DNA of 64,000 nt. Source: Nanobdellota archaeon. GTDB lineage: Archaea; Nanobdellota; Nanobdellia; Woesearchaeales; DATGWN01. Where the stretch lies: positions 2,638 through 66,637 of the forward strand of contig JBNJGI010000002.1 of NCBI GenBank assembly GCA_051819685.1. The letters run 5' to 3'. The translations under genes were made by a program, and so were the position numbers. Under the pieces are notes generated by a model that did no database searches, was not told where the DNA came from, and saw nothing but the letters and a program-made list of their open reading frames with translations. Positions within the stretch are counted from its first letter, which is position 1. Each line of letters begins with the position of its first letter. Positions 27,120 to 37,413 of the stretch are shown here, one piece after another.

Positions 27120-27395
27120 ATGGAAAATGTAAAACAAATAAACAAAATAATGCGATTTCTAGCAAGGGGCATATATAGTGCAGTTTTAAAAAAATCTGAA
27201 AAATATTATTACGCTTTAATATGTCTTTCTAAAGAAACAAACATAGACACTCATAAATCAACAAGACCGGGATTTATATATGTAATAAAAGGCAAAGGTA
27301 TTATGTTAAATGATGAAGAAATTGAATTATCACAAGGAAATTTAATTACTATAGAAGAAAATGAGCCACATTCATTTAAATCAGAGGGGATTTAG
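27120..27395 (+). CDS. cupin domain protein
   Basis: 91 aa. HKSTRPGFIYVIKGKG...EENEPHSF fits the two cupin motifs. Confidence 0.55.
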   Translation: MENVKQINKIMRFLARGIYSAVLKKSEKYYYALICLSKETNIDTHKSTRPGFIYVIKGKGIMLNDEEIELSQGNLITIEENEPHSFKSEGI

Positions 27396-27431
27396 GTATT
27401 TTATTAATGCTTATATAAAAAGGTGAAAAAA

Positions 27432-28943
27432 ATGTTTTGTAACCAATGTGAAGAAACAATAAATGGAAAAGGATGCACCGTTGCAGGAGTATGCGGAAAA
27501 AATGAAAAAGTTGCTAATCTACAAGATGAGCTAATAGAAGTTGTAAAACAGATTTCTAAAAAAGGAAGTGGTTCTGAAGAAGAAAGTGTTTTTATAATGA
27601 GGGCTTTATTTTCTACGATAACCAATGTTAATTTTGATGAAAAATATTTTTATGATAAAATAGAAGAAGGGAAAAAATATATAGATAATTCTCATAATAA
27701 TGTTAAAGAGATAGATGAAAATAAAGACATAAAATCTCTAAAGGAAATATTATTATATGGATTAAAAGGAATGTCAGCCTATCTTGATCACGCATATATT
27801 TTGGGTTATAAAGATGAAAACATCTTTAAATTTTTAAGAAAAGGATTATCGTCTATTGTAGATTCTGATGATTCAGATGAGTTAACATCTCTTGTATTAG
27901 AGTGTGGTGATTTCGGTGTTAAAACAATGGCTCTTCTTGATAAAGCTAACACTGAAACTTACGGAAATCCTGAACCAACAAAAGTTAATATAGGTGTTGG
28001 AAAAAATCCTGGCATTCTGATTAGTGGGCATGATCTTAAAGATATGGAAGAACTTCTTGAACAAACGGAGGGAACTGATATTGATGTTTACACTCACGGT
28101 GAAATGCTTCCTGCAAATTATTATCCTGCTTTTAAAAAATATCCTCATTTAAAAGGAAATTATGGGGGTTCTTGGTGGAAACAGAACGAAGAATTTGATA
28201 AATTCAATGGACCTATACTTATGACTACAAATTGTCTTGTTCCGCCAAAAGAAAGCTATAAAGACAGAGTATATGTAACAGGCCTTGTCGGATATGAAGG
28301 TCTTAAAAAAATACCTTATATAAATGAAAAAAAAGATTTTTCAGAAATAATTGCTCATGCAAAACAATGTAAATCTCCAGATACGATTGAAAATGGTATT
28401 ATAACCGGAGGGTTTGCACATAATTCAGCACTATCAATTTCAGATAAAATAGTTGAAGCTATAAAATCAGGAAAGATAAAAAATTTTGTAGTAATGGGAG
28501 GTTGTGATGGAAGACATAAAGAAAGAGATTATTATACAGAGTTTGCTAAAAAACTACCTGAAGATTCTGTTATATTAACTGCGGGTTGTGCAAAGTATAG
28601 ATATAATAAATTAGATCTTGGAGAAATTGATGGAATTCCCAGGGTCCTTGATGCAGGACAATGTAATGATTGTTATAGTTTAGTTATAATCGCACAAAAA
28701 TTAGCCGAAGCTTTTGAAATGAAAGATATTAATGATTTACCTATATCATATAATATTGCGTGGTATGAACAAAAAGCCGTAGTAGTATTACTTTCATTAT
28801 TATCTTTAGGAGTTAAAAATATACGTCTTGGACCTGAATTACCTGCTTTTATTTCAGATAATGTACTCAATATCCTTGTTGAAAAATTTAATATTGCACC
28901 AATAAGTGATGTTGATATTGATATTAAGAAATTAATATCTTAA
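27432..28943 (+). CDS. hcp: hydroxylamine reductase / hybrid-cluster protein
   Basis: The N-terminal [18 protein letters not shown] cubane motif is present. The track start at 27423 is GTG. The ATG at 27432 gives the canonical N-terminus, with AAAGGTGA upstream. Confidence 0.85.
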   Translation: MFCNQCEETINGKGCTVAGVCGKNEKVANLQDELIEVVKQISKKGSGSEEESVFIMRALFSTITNVNFDEKYFYDKIEEGKKYIDNSHNNVKEIDENKDIKSLKEILLYGLKGMSAYLDHAYILGYKDENIFKFLRKGLSSIVDSDDSDELTSLVLECGDFGVKTMALLDKANTETYGNPEPTKVNIGVGKNPGILISGHDLKDMEELLEQTEGTDIDVYTHGEMLPANYYPAFKKYPHLKGNYGGSWWKQNEEFDKFNGPILMTTNCLVPPKESYKDRVYVTGLVGYEGLKKIPYINEKKDFSEIIAHAKQCKSPDTIENGIITGGFAHNSALSISDKIVEAIKSGKIKNFVVMGGCDGRHKERDYYTEFAKKLPEDSVILTAGCAKYRYNKLDLGEIDGIPRVLDAGQCNDCYSLVIIAQKLAEAFEMKDINDLPISYNIAWYEQKAVVVLLSLLSLGVKNIRLGPELPAFISDNVLNILVEKFNIAPISDVDIDIKKLIS

Positions 28944-29054
28944 TTTTTTATTAAATTTATATAAAAAATAAAGATTAATATTTATAATTTCAATTAAAAT
29001 AACAAGACTTTATTTTTCATAAAAGTTATTAATCGAAACATTTCATAATATAAA

Positions 29055-29594
29055 ATGAATCAAAAACACATAGGAATAATATTGCTTATAGCATCATTAT
29101 TAATAGGAATGTTTGTTTTTATAGTTCAACAACAAAGTAATGCTTATGCGGATAACTTTATGCAAAGTGAAGGTACTTGTTTTCTTGAAGATGGAACTTG
29201 CCTCCATAAAAGGAATCTTCCCTTATTTATATTTGGGTGGTCTTTTTCAGGAGCATTATTTTTATTCGGAATATATCTTACTTTTATAGATAAAACCCAG
29301 CAATTTATGAGCGAACACCAGATTAAAGTTTCTTCAGCACTTGAAAACGCTATGAAAAAAGAAAAAGAAAAAGATGAATTTAATGCATATATTGCAGGAT
29401 TTGATGAAGAAGAACAAAAGGTAATTAAAGCTATAAAAGAACGAGAAGGAATAAAACAATCAACATTACGTTATAGAACAAACATATCTAAAACGGCACT
29501 TTCATTATTAATTAAAAAACTTGAAGATAAAGGCGTAATATCGAGAAAACCTTCTGGTAAAACTAAACAAGTATATCTTATTAAGAAATTCTGA
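29055..29594 (+). CDS. membrane-anchored winged-helix (MarR-like) regulator
   Basis: Two TM segments are followed by KQSTLRYRTNISKTALSLLIKKLEDKGVISRKPSGKTKQVYL. Confidence 0.45.
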   Translation: MNQKHIGIILLIASLLIGMFVFIVQQQSNAYADNFMQSEGTCFLEDGTCLHKRNLPLFIFGWSFSGALFLFGIYLTFIDKTQQFMSEHQIKVSSALENAMKKEKEKDEFNAYIAGFDEEEQKVIKAIKEREGIKQSTLRYRTNISKTALSLLIKKLEDKGVISRKPSGKTKQVYLIKKF

Positions 29595-29742
29595 AACTAA
29601 TTTTAAACGTTCTGGAACAAAAATTCAAGCATTTCAGCCAATTTCAGGTAGAAATTTATGTAGAAGGGTATATATAAAAGTTTTTTTTGTATACAGATAA
29701 TCATTTGAAATTTATTTTAATAAAATAATTAAAGAGGATAAA

Positions 29743-29949
29743 ATGAAAAATATTAAATTTGATGTTAAAGGCATGCATTGTAGTAGCTGTGAAATTCTTA
29801 TTAAGGATGCGTTAGAAGAAACTGAAGGAATAACATATTCTGAAGTTTCTTGTAGAGATGGAAAAGCTCTTGTATGTTATGATGAGAAAATCATCGACCA
29901 AAATAAGATAAAAAATATTGTCAAAGAAGAAGGTTATGAGGTATTTTAA
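29743..29949 (+). CDS. copZ: heavy-metal-associated (HMA) copper chaperone
   Basis: GMHCSSCE metal-binding loop, 68 aa, with AGAGGA before the ATG. Confidence 0.8.
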   Translation: MKNIKFDVKGMHCSSCEILIKDALEETEGITYSEVSCRDGKALVCYDEKIIDQNKIKNIVKEEGYEVF

Positions 29950-30654
29950 ATGATTATAAAAAAAGCATTCATAGCTGAAGGTACTGTTTGTGTTAACTGT
30001 AAAAAAATAATTGAAAAGCAGGCAATGAAAATAAAAGGTGTAAAAAATGTTCAATTTAATATTGAGACAGAAACGGGTTATGTCACATTTGATGATAAAA
30101 AAACAGATTTTGACACAATTCTTTATAAGATAGAAGAAAAAAACTATTCTTGTTATATATTAGAAGAAAAGAAACCGCCTCTGCAAAAAAATATAGGTTG
30201 GATATTAAGTATTGTAGGTATTTTATTAGTAGGATATTTTATATTTAATATTGTAGAAGGAATAAATATGCCTTCAATAAGTCAAAATATGGGATATGGT
30301 CTTCTTTTTGTTGTTGGATTACTTACTGGTTTTCATTGTGTAGGTATGTGTGGAGGTTTTGTAGTAAGTTATACTGCAAAGAATGCTCAAGATGAGAAAA
30401 GTTCTCATAAATCTCATTTAATGTATGGTTTAGGTAAAACAATATCATATACTATAATTGGTGCTTTATTTGGATTATTGGGTTCATTTATAGCTTTCAC
30501 TCCCACAATGAGGGGAGGAGCAGGAATTCTTGCAGGAGGGTTTCTTATTTTGTTCGGTTTAAAAATGCTAAATATATTCCCTATTTTAAGGAAAATACAG
30601 TTTAGAACTCCAAAATTTATTACAAAGTTTGTAGGAAAGAATTCAAAAAATTAA
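29950..30654 (+). CDS. HMA domain + N-terminal half of DsbD_2/TauE-like membrane domain (upstream part of a gene split by an in-frame TAA)
   Basis: GTVCVNCKK HMA-like loop, then TM helices with GFHCVGMCGGFV. It ends at the TAA at 30652-30654, and the same frame continues at 30655. Confidence 0.65.
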   Translation: MIIKKAFIAEGTVCVNCKKIIEKQAMKIKGVKNVQFNIETETGYVTFDDKKTDFDTILYKIEEKNYSCYILEEKKPPLQKNIGWILSIVGILLVGYFIFNIVEGINMPSISQNMGYGLLFVVGLLTGFHCVGMCGGFVVSYTAKNAQDEKSSHKSHLMYGLGKTISYTIIGALFGLLGSFIAFTPTMRGGAGILAGGFLILFGLKMLNIFPILRKIQFRTPKFITKFVGKNSKN

Positions 30655-30663
30655 AGTCCTTTA

Positions 30664-31398
30664 GTGATTGGTTTACTTAATGGGTTAATGATAGCGTGTG
30701 GCCCCTTGCAGGCAATATATATAATGGCTGCAGGTACAGGAAGTATGATAGAAGGTGCTAAACTTCTATTTGTTTTTGCCTTAGGTACTTTACCTGTAAT
30801 GCTCGGGTTTGGTTATTTTGCAAGCGTAATATCAGCAAAGATGACGCATAAGATATTAAAAGCTTCTGGAGCAATAGTTATAATTTTAGGAGTAATTATG
30901 ATAAATAATGGTCTTATACTTACTGGTACAGGATATGATTTTAATTCAATTATGGGATTGGCTTCAGCCCACAGTGATTCAACTTCAGATGAAGATATAG
31001 TTATGAAAAACGGGTTTCAAATAATAGAAATGAATGTAACAAGATATGGTTGGAGCCCTAATTCTTTTGCATTAAAAAAAGATATTCCTGTAAAATGGGT
31101 TATAGACGGACAAGAAGTCAATGGTTGTAACAATGCAATACAAGTTCCTGAATATGAGTTGGAATTTGATATAAAACATGGAAAACAAACTATTGAGTTT
31201 ACACCAACAAAAGAAGGAAGAGTGAGATGGAGTTGTTGGATGGGTATGATTCCTGGATCTTTTATTGTGAAAGAAAATATTAGTGATTATAAAAAAGAAG
31301 TTAGTGAAATCCCAGAACAACCAAGAGGTACTTGCGGAGGAAGTTGTGGTTCTTCTTCATGTGGTGCAACAAGAGGTGGTTCTTGTGGTTGTGATTAA
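30664..31398 (+). CDS. C-terminal half of DsbD_2-like membrane domain + cupredoxin-like domain + Cys/Gly-rich tail (downstream part of split gene)
   Basis: It lies in the same frame as 29950-30654. LLNGLMIACGPLQAIY continues the DsbD_2 domain. The cupredoxin-like region reads ...VKWVIDGQEVNGCNNAIQVPE...WSCWMGMIPG. The tail is CGGSCGSSSCGATRGGSCGCD. Confidence 0.65.
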   Translation: MIGLLNGLMIACGPLQAIYIMAAGTGSMIEGAKLLFVFALGTLPVMLGFGYFASVISAKMTHKILKASGAIVIILGVIMINNGLILTGTGYDFNSIMGLASAHSDSTSDEDIVMKNGFQIIEMNVTRYGWSPNSFALKKDIPVKWVIDGQEVNGCNNAIQVPEYELEFDIKHGKQTIEFTPTKEGRVRWSCWMGMIPGSFIVKENISDYKKEVSEIPEQPRGTCGGSCGSSSCGATRGGSCGCD

Positions 31399-31416
31399 AT
31401 ATAGGAGGTATAAAAA

Positions 31417-32103
31417 ATGAGTAAGAAAAAATCAAAAGAAAATAATAAATTTTGGAAAGGAATAGCAGTAGTTTTATTTATAATAATAATATTAATAGGG
31501 CTTTCTTTTATTCCAAAACAGAAAGAAGAAGTTATTGAACAAAATATCAATAATAATAATAATAATGCGATAAATATGGAAGCTTTAATCGAAAATGATG
31601 ATGTTAAAGGAGATAAAAATGCTCCTGTAACAATAATAGAATGGAGTGATTATGAGTGTCCTTTTTGTGCGAGATTCTATTCACAAACCTTAAGTATGAT
31701 AGAAAAAAAGTATATAGATACAGGAAAAGCAAAATTAGTTTTCCGCGACTTCCCTCTTCCATTCCACAATAATGCACAAAAATCTGCAGAGGCTGCAGAA
31801 TGTGCAGGAGAACAAAATAAATACTATGAAATGCATGATTTATTATTTGAAAAAGGGGTTGATGGAGGCGTTTCATCATATAAAGAATATGCTTCAAGTA
31901 TAGGGCTTGATAGAAATGAATTTGATCAATGTCTTGATTCAGGTAGAATGAAAGAAGAAGTGCAGAAAGATATGGCTGATGGAAGTAAATTAGGAATTCA
32001 AGGAACACCTGGATTTATGATAAATGGGAAACTTATTTCAGGAGCGCAACCTTTTGAAGTTTTTAAAGATGCAATTGAAAGTGCATTGGAGGAAAGCTCA
32101 TGA
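31417..32103 (+). CDS. DsbA-family thiol:disulfide oxidoreductase, membrane-anchored
   Basis: Thioredoxin-fold active site CPFC (SDYECPFCARF), with a strong SD (AGGAGGT) 8 nt upstream. Confidence 0.75.
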   Translation: MSKKKSKENNKFWKGIAVVLFIIIILIGLSFIPKQKEEVIEQNINNNNNNAINMEALIENDDVKGDKNAPVTIIEWSDYECPFCARFYSQTLSMIEKKYIDTGKAKLVFRDFPLPFHNNAQKSAEAAECAGEQNKYYEMHDLLFEKGVDGGVSSYKEYASSIGLDRNEFDQCLDSGRMKEEVQKDMADGSKLGIQGTPGFMINGKLISGAQPFEVFKDAIESALEESS

Positions 32104-32420
32104 AATATTTTAAAATTTTTTTAATATGTATTTTATTATCTGTAGGATTTGTATCTTCTTTTGCTTTTTTTCCTAAAGAAAGATCTCCAGAAAACATTGT
32201 AGAAGAACTTGAAAAAGGTATCGAATCAGCAGAAGAAAAAGGAGAATATAAATGTTGTATTAAACCTTCCTGCAAGATGTGTTATATTGGTAATTGGCAT
32301 TTTGAAAAAGGAAATTGTTATTGTGATGATATGATTGCTCAAGGAAAAATGGATAAAGTGTGTCCTGAATGTAAAAGCGGTCTTGAGGATAATGTGTGTA
32401 AAAGTAATAGTGAAAAATGA
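32100..32420 (+). CDS. small secreted cysteine-rich protein, possible metal binder
   Basis: Signal-like N-terminus. Cys clusters are YKCCIKPSCKMCY, GNCYCDD and VCPECK. It has ATGA overlaps on both sides. Confidence 0.5.
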   Translation: MKYFKIFLICILLSVGFVSSFAFFPKERSPENIVEELEKGIESAEEKGEYKCCIKPSCKMCYIGNWHFEKGNCYCDDMIAQGKMDKVCPECKSGLEDNVCKSNSEK

Positions 32421-33469
32421 AACAAAAAATTGTTGTAGGAATGTCTGGAGGAGTTGATTCATCAGTTGCTTTAATGTTACTTAAGAAACAAGGATATGAA
32501 CCTATTGGTGTGTCACTTAAGCTTCCTGTTTGGGATAATGTAAAAAATAAATTATGTGAAAATATGTGTTGTACTAAAGAATCTCTTGATCTTGCAAGAA
32601 ATGTTTGTAAAAAACTTGGAGTGTCTTATTATGTTTATGATGTGAGTGATGACTTCGAAAAAGAAGTAATACAATATTTTAAAGATGAACTTATTTCCGG
32701 AAAAACACCAAACCCATGTATATATTGTAATAGGTTTCATAAATTTCATCATCTTTTGAAGTTTGCAGAAAAAAAAAGCATTAATTTGGTTGCATCTGGT
32801 CATTATGCAAAAAAAGAAAAAGATAATGAAGGTAATTATTTCCTTATTATGCCTAAAGATGAAACAAAAGATCAAACATATGGTCTATCTTTGTTGACTC
32901 AAAAACAATTACAAAAAATTATATTCCCATTAGGAGATTTAATGAAGGAAGAGGTTTTTGATATAGCAGAAAAAGAAGGATTTCCTATATTTCTTAAGAA
33001 AAAAGAAAGTCAGGATTTTTGTTTTGTTTCTAAAAAATCATATAAATGTTTTTTAGAAGAAGAAATAGGGATAAAAAAAGGAAAAATATACGATGAAAAT
33101 GAAAATATTTTAGGAGAACATCCTGGAATACACTTTTTTACTATAGGTCAGAAAAAAGGCCTTAATCTTCCTGAAGCTTATTATGTTAAAGAAAAAATAA
33201 ATAATGATTTAATTGTATCAAAAGAAAAACCAAAAGGAAAAAAAGTTAATCTTGAAAAAATAAATTTCATAAAAGATATAAAAACTGATTTTCCTATGAG
33301 AATAAAAGCTAAAATAAGATATACTCAAAATATGAATGCAGGATATTTAATAAAAGATAAAAGTAATTATATTATAAAATTTGATGAATTGCAAGAAAGC
33401 ATAACTCCTGGTCAGTTCTGTGTTATATATAAAAATAATATTTGTTTAGGAGGGGGTAAGATAAAATGA
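32417..33469 (+). CDS. mnmA: tRNA 2-thiouridine(34) synthase MnmA-like
   Basis: PP-loop [13 protein letters not shown], and [14 protein letters not shown] catalytic-Cys motif. Confidence 0.8.
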   Translation: MKQKIVVGMSGGVDSSVALMLLKKQGYEPIGVSLKLPVWDNVKNKLCENMCCTKESLDLARNVCKKLGVSYYVYDVSDDFEKEVIQYFKDELISGKTPNPCIYCNRFHKFHHLLKFAEKKSINLVASGHYAKKEKDNEGNYFLIMPKDETKDQTYGLSLLTQKQLQKIIFPLGDLMKEEVFDIAEKEGFPIFLKKKESQDFCFVSKKSYKCFLEEEIGIKKGKIYDENENILGEHPGIHFFTIGQKKGLNLPEAYYVKEKINNDLIVSKEKPKGKKVNLEKINFIKDIKTDFPMRIKAKIRYTQNMNAGYLIKDKSNYIIKFDELQESITPGQFCVIYKNNICLGGGKIK

Positions 33470-35643
33470 AGAAAACAGAAATAGAAGTAATAGGTATGCA
33501 TTGTGCAAGCTGTTCGACAGTTATAAATAAAGCTCTTGATAATACTGAAGGAGTGAAAGAAGCCAATGTTAATCTTACTACAGGCAAAGCATCAATTAAA
33601 TTCGATGATTCAGTAATCGATGAAAAAAAGTTAATTGATGTAATTAAAAATAAAGGATATGGTGCTAATTTAATTGGATATAATCATATTATAAATAAAA
33701 ATAAACAAAAAAATGAATATGATAAACTAAAAAAATCTTTTATAATAAGCTTTATCTTTTCATTCCCTATATTCATTCTAGGGATGTTTTTTATGAAAAA
33801 CCCTATACCTTACCAAAATATAATAATGTTCATATTAGCAACTCCTGTTCAATTTATTATTGCCTGGCCGATGTATAAAAGTACATTAATGGCATTGAAA
33901 GGAAAATCTGCAAACATGGATACACTTATTGTCATGGGTACTAGTGCTGCTTATTTATATAGTATATTTAATATAATTATTGGAGAGGGGCATGTATATT
34001 TTGAGGCAAGTGCAGTTTTGATAACGATTGTTATTTTCGGAAGACTTCTTGAATCTAAGGCTAAAGGGAAAACAAATGAAGCCATAAAAAAACTTCTGGG
34101 TATGAAACCTAAATCTGCAATTGTAATAAGAAAAGGTAAAGAATTGAAAATATCTGTAGATGAGGTTGAAGTAGGTGATATTATAAAAGTGAAACCGGGA
34201 GAAAAAATACCAGTGGATGGAGAAATAATTGAAGGTAACTCGTATGTGGATGAAAGCATGGTTACTGGAGAAAGTATACCAGTGGAAAAATCTAATGGAA
34301 AAGAAGTCATAGGAGCTACAATTAATAAAAACGGGAGTCTTGTTTTAAAAGCTACAAAAGTCGGTAAAAATACGACTTTATCTCAGATAATAAAACTTAT
34401 AGAAGATGCGCAAGGAAGTAAAGCTCCTATTCAGAGATTCGCTGACAAAGTTTCTTTTTATTTTGTACCAGGAGTTTTGATCATTGCTTTATTCACATTC
34501 GCTACATGGTTTTTATTATTTGAATCGACATTTTCTTTTGCATTGATTGCAAGTGTCTCAGTACTTGTTATAGCTTGTCCTTGTGCTTTAGGTCTTGCAA
34601 CTCCTACAGCAATAATGGTAGGTACCGGGAAAGGTGCAAAACAAGGAATCCTTATAAAAGGTGGTTCCTCTCTTGAAATCACACATAATCTTAAGAATAT
34701 AATACTTGATAAAACAGGAACTATAACTAAAGGTGTTCCTGAAGTAACTGATATAATTCCATTCGAAAAAAAAGATAAAAATCACATAATTTCTATTGCA
34801 GGTTCTTTAGAAAAAAATAGTGAACACCCTTTTGCAGAAGCTATTGTCAAGAAAGCAGAAAACAAAAATATTTCTTTAAAGAAAATTAATAATTTTCAGG
34901 CAATATCCGGTCATGGTGTTTCAGCCGACATTGCTAGTAAAAAATATTTTATTGGAAACAAAAAACTCATGAAAGATAATGATATTTCTTTTGAAGGTAA
35001 AAAAAAGCAAATTGAAGAATTTGAAAAAAAAGGAAAGACTGTTATGATGTTAGCAGATAACTCAAAAGTTCTTGGTGCCATAGCAGTTGCTGATGAGATA
35101 AGAGATACTTCAGTGAAAGCAATAAAAAAACTTCATAATTTAGGACTTCAAGTTTATATGATAACAGGAGATAATCAAAGAACTGCTAAAGCTATAGCAG
35201 AAAAAGCAGGGATAAAAAATTATTTCTCTGAAGTCCTCCCAGAAAATAAAGCAGGTTATGTCAAAAAATTACAAAAAAAAGGTTTAGTTGCAATGGTTGG
35301 AGACGGTATTAATGATGCACCTGCGTTAGCTCAAGCAGATGTTGGAATTGCAATGGGTTCAGGTACTGATGTAGCTATGGAGACAGGAGAAATTGTTTTA
35401 ATGAAAGACGATTTATTTGATGTAGTAAAATCAATAAGATTAAGTCGTGTTACTATGAAAAAAATAAGACAAAATATGTTTTGGGCTCTTTTTTATAATG
35501 CTTTAGGTATTCCTATAGCAGCAGGTCTGCTTTATCCATTTACTGGATGGTTGCTTAGTCCTATTATTGCAGGAGCAGCAATGGCATTTAGTTCTGTAAG
35601 TGTTGTCAGCAATTCATTGCTTTTGAAAATGAAAAAAATTTAA
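33466..35643 (+). CDS. copA: copper-translocating P1B-type ATPase
   Basis: N-terminal HMA GMHCASC, TM CPC motif ([11 protein letters not shown]), DKTGTIT and GDGINDAP. Confidence 0.9.
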   Translation: MKKTEIEVIGMHCASCSTVINKALDNTEGVKEANVNLTTGKASIKFDDSVIDEKKLIDVIKNKGYGANLIGYNHIINKNKQKNEYDKLKKSFIISFIFSFPIFILGMFFMKNPIPYQNIIMFILATPVQFIIAWPMYKSTLMALKGKSANMDTLIVMGTSAAYLYSIFNIIIGEGHVYFEASAVLITIVIFGRLLESKAKGKTNEAIKKLLGMKPKSAIVIRKGKELKISVDEVEVGDIIKVKPGEKIPVDGEIIEGNSYVDESMVTGESIPVEKSNGKEVIGATINKNGSLVLKATKVGKNTTLSQIIKLIEDAQGSKAPIQRFADKVSFYFVPGVLIIALFTFATWFLLFESTFSFALIASVSVLVIACPCALGLATPTAIMVGTGKGAKQGILIKGGSSLEITHNLKNIILDKTGTITKGVPEVTDIIPFEKKDKNHIISIAGSLEKNSEHPFAEAIVKKAENKNISLKKINNFQAISGHGVSADIASKKYFIGNKKLMKDNDISFEGKKKQIEEFEKKGKTVMMLADNSKVLGAIAVADEIRDTSVKAIKKLHNLGLQVYMITGDNQRTAKAIAEKAGIKNYFSEVLPENKAGYVKKLQKKGLVAMVGDGINDAPALAQADVGIAMGSGTDVAMETGEIVLMKDDLFDVVKSIRLSRVTMKKIRQNMFWALFYNALGIPIAAGLLYPFTGWLLSPIIAGAAMAFSSVSVVSNSLLLKMKKI

Positions 35644-35645
35644 TT

Positions 35646-36650
35646 TCAAACATAACTTTCAAGCAAAGCTCCAATTAAAATAAGCAGAACTGAAAGAAGC
35701 ATAAGTTCAAAACCATCTTTCATAACAATTGCGAAAGGTTTTGAATTCACTTTATTCTTAAGTATGGCAACACTGATAACTCCTCCGGCAATTGCTGCAC
35801 AAAAGAAACCTGCAAACTCAAAAACACCATGAACAAGCAAAGGTCCGACTATGCGAGGTATATCTATAAGATATGCGAAAATAACTTTTCCCGAAAGAAA
35901 ATTAGCAGTTCTGTGGAGACTATCTCCTATAAAAACACCAATTATAGAAGCATTCCATGCCAAAATGAATATAGAACCTGCTCCAAATATAAATGATGTA
36001 AGGAAAATAAAAATAAGGACTCCGAAATTATTAAAAAAAATATGCTGGAAAATAAAATTATTAAAACTCAATCTATTTCCTGACTCTTTTATCACAAACT
36101 TAGGTTCCCCTTCGGATGCCAATACAATTTCATCCTCACCATTTTTATTATAATCGGATAAAAAACATTTATCGATCCCTAACTCTTTATAATTATCCAC
36201 TCCTAATCCAAGACATGAATATTGCTTATTCACCTCTCTTTCATAATGTTCTTCTTGCATAACTGCAAATCCGAAAGGACCCTTAAGATCATAAATCCCA
36301 TTTATCTGCTCTTCAAAAATTTCTTCTCTCTGCATATCAGGCAATAATGTAAACCAGAAAGTGTTTGCAAGTATAAGGCCTATAAACATATAAGTCATCG
36401 GCATTATAATAGTATGACTTATTTTGAATCTTTTGTCTTTTTCAAATATTTTTTCCTGATTTTCTATCAGTTTAACAAAAATAGGGATGAGTGGTATTAT
36501 TGTAAATGTTACTGCAATGATAGAAGAATGTCCTGGGAAAATGAATATGCTAAGTATTATCCCGATACTTCCGGAAATAAATGATATAAATGCTAGAATG
36601 AAAGGTTTTTTCAGTAATGTCTTGTCGCTGAAAAGCATTTCGAATGTCAT
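35646..36650 (-). CDS. SpoIIM/DUF95-like integral membrane protein with inserted soluble domain
   Basis: IFFNNFGVLIFIFLTSFIFGAGSIFILAWNASIIGVF is typical of the stage II sporulation protein M family. A ~130-aa non-TM insert lies in the middle. Confidence 0.5.
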   Translation of the reverse strand: MTFEMLFSDKTLLKKPFILAFISFISGSIGIILSIFIFPGHSSIIAVTFTIIPLIPIFVKLIENQEKIFEKDKRFKISHTIIMPMTYMFIGLILANTFWFTLLPDMQREEIFEEQINGIYDLKGPFGFAVMQEEHYEREVNKQYSCLGLGVDNYKELGIDKCFLSDYNKNGEDEIVLASEGEPKFVIKESGNRLSFNNFIFQHIFFNNFGVLIFIFLTSFIFGAGSIFILAWNASIIGVFIGDSLHRTANFLSGKVIFAYLIDIPRIVGPLLVHGVFEFAGFFCAAIAGGVISVAILKNKVNSKPFAIVMKDGFELMLLSVLLILIGALLESYV

Positions 36651-36668
36651 ATTGTTTTAATAATCATG

Positions 36669-37412
36669 TCACTTATATATTTTTCTTATAAAAGCAAGAA
36701 ATCCTGTATGCATAAGACCTATATGTGAAGGTCTTGTTTTTTCGCCCTCAATCTCCCATCTTCTTTCGATAACTTCTTTGATACCGTAAATTTCCATATC
36801 CATATCTCTTGCTTTATCTACAAAAGCTTTAAGTTGTGTTATCTGTGGGCAATAAGAAACAAGTCTTCCTCCCACTTTAAGTTTATTTTCAGCAACAGAC
36901 AACGCCTTTGCTGGTTCAGAAATATCTAAAGTTATTAGATCGAATTTTTTCCTTACAGGTATTTTCTGTGTTATATCTTCTTCAACAAACTTTATATTTT
37001 TAAGACCCAGTTTTTCAGCGTTTTTCCTTGTCTTTTCAATATGATTTTTTACATGATCCATACTATAAACTTTTTTCACATACCTTGCTAAGAAGCAAGT
37101 AAGTCCTCCCATACCTGCTCCGCAATCGAGAACAACTGAATTTTTTCCCGGCATTGTTTCAGCTAAAATTAAACCGCAATCCTTTAGATTTATTTTTTGG
37201 GCTCCTCTTTTCATAAAATTATAATCGTCATAAAAATCACCTTTTATCATTGCAACTTTTTTATCTTTAGATGTCTTTACTATATCACCATTTTTAGAAT
37301 CCCTGTAGTCAAAGAAATCAATTTTGCCTAATTTTGTAGATAAATTTTTTTCACTTTCAATTACGCTTTTATCTTTACAGTCTTTTTCCTCATTATTATA
37401 TACAAACCACAT
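36669..37412 (-). CDS. trmI: tRNA (adenine-N1)-methyltransferase TrmI (Gcd14 family)
   Basis: SAM motif VLDCGAGMGGLT, D-hK..N.....DIT.., and a C-terminal ...PSHIGLMHTGFLAFIRK typical of TrmI. Confidence 0.7.
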   Translation of the reverse strand: MWFVYNNEEKDCKDKSVIESEKNLSTKLGKIDFFDYRDSKNGDIVKTSKDKKVAMIKGDFYDDYNFMKRGAQKINLKDCGLILAETMPGKNSVVLDCGAGMGGLTCFLARYVKKVYSMDHVKNHIEKTRKNAEKLGLKNIKFVEEDITQKIPVRKKFDLITLDISEPAKALSVAENKLKVGGRLVSYCPQITQLKAFVDKARDMDMEIYGIKEVIERRWEIEGEKTRPSHIGLMHTGFLAFIRKIYK

Positions 37413-37413
37413 T

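Noticed and set aside
30652-30654. Idea that the in-frame TAA reflects a reassigned stop codon.
   Set aside because: TAA terminates many clearly complete genes in the same window (for example copZ, copA, hcp, tfb, rimK). A genome-wide reassignment is therefore not tenable. The site is kept only as a local split, pseudogene or sequencing-error question.
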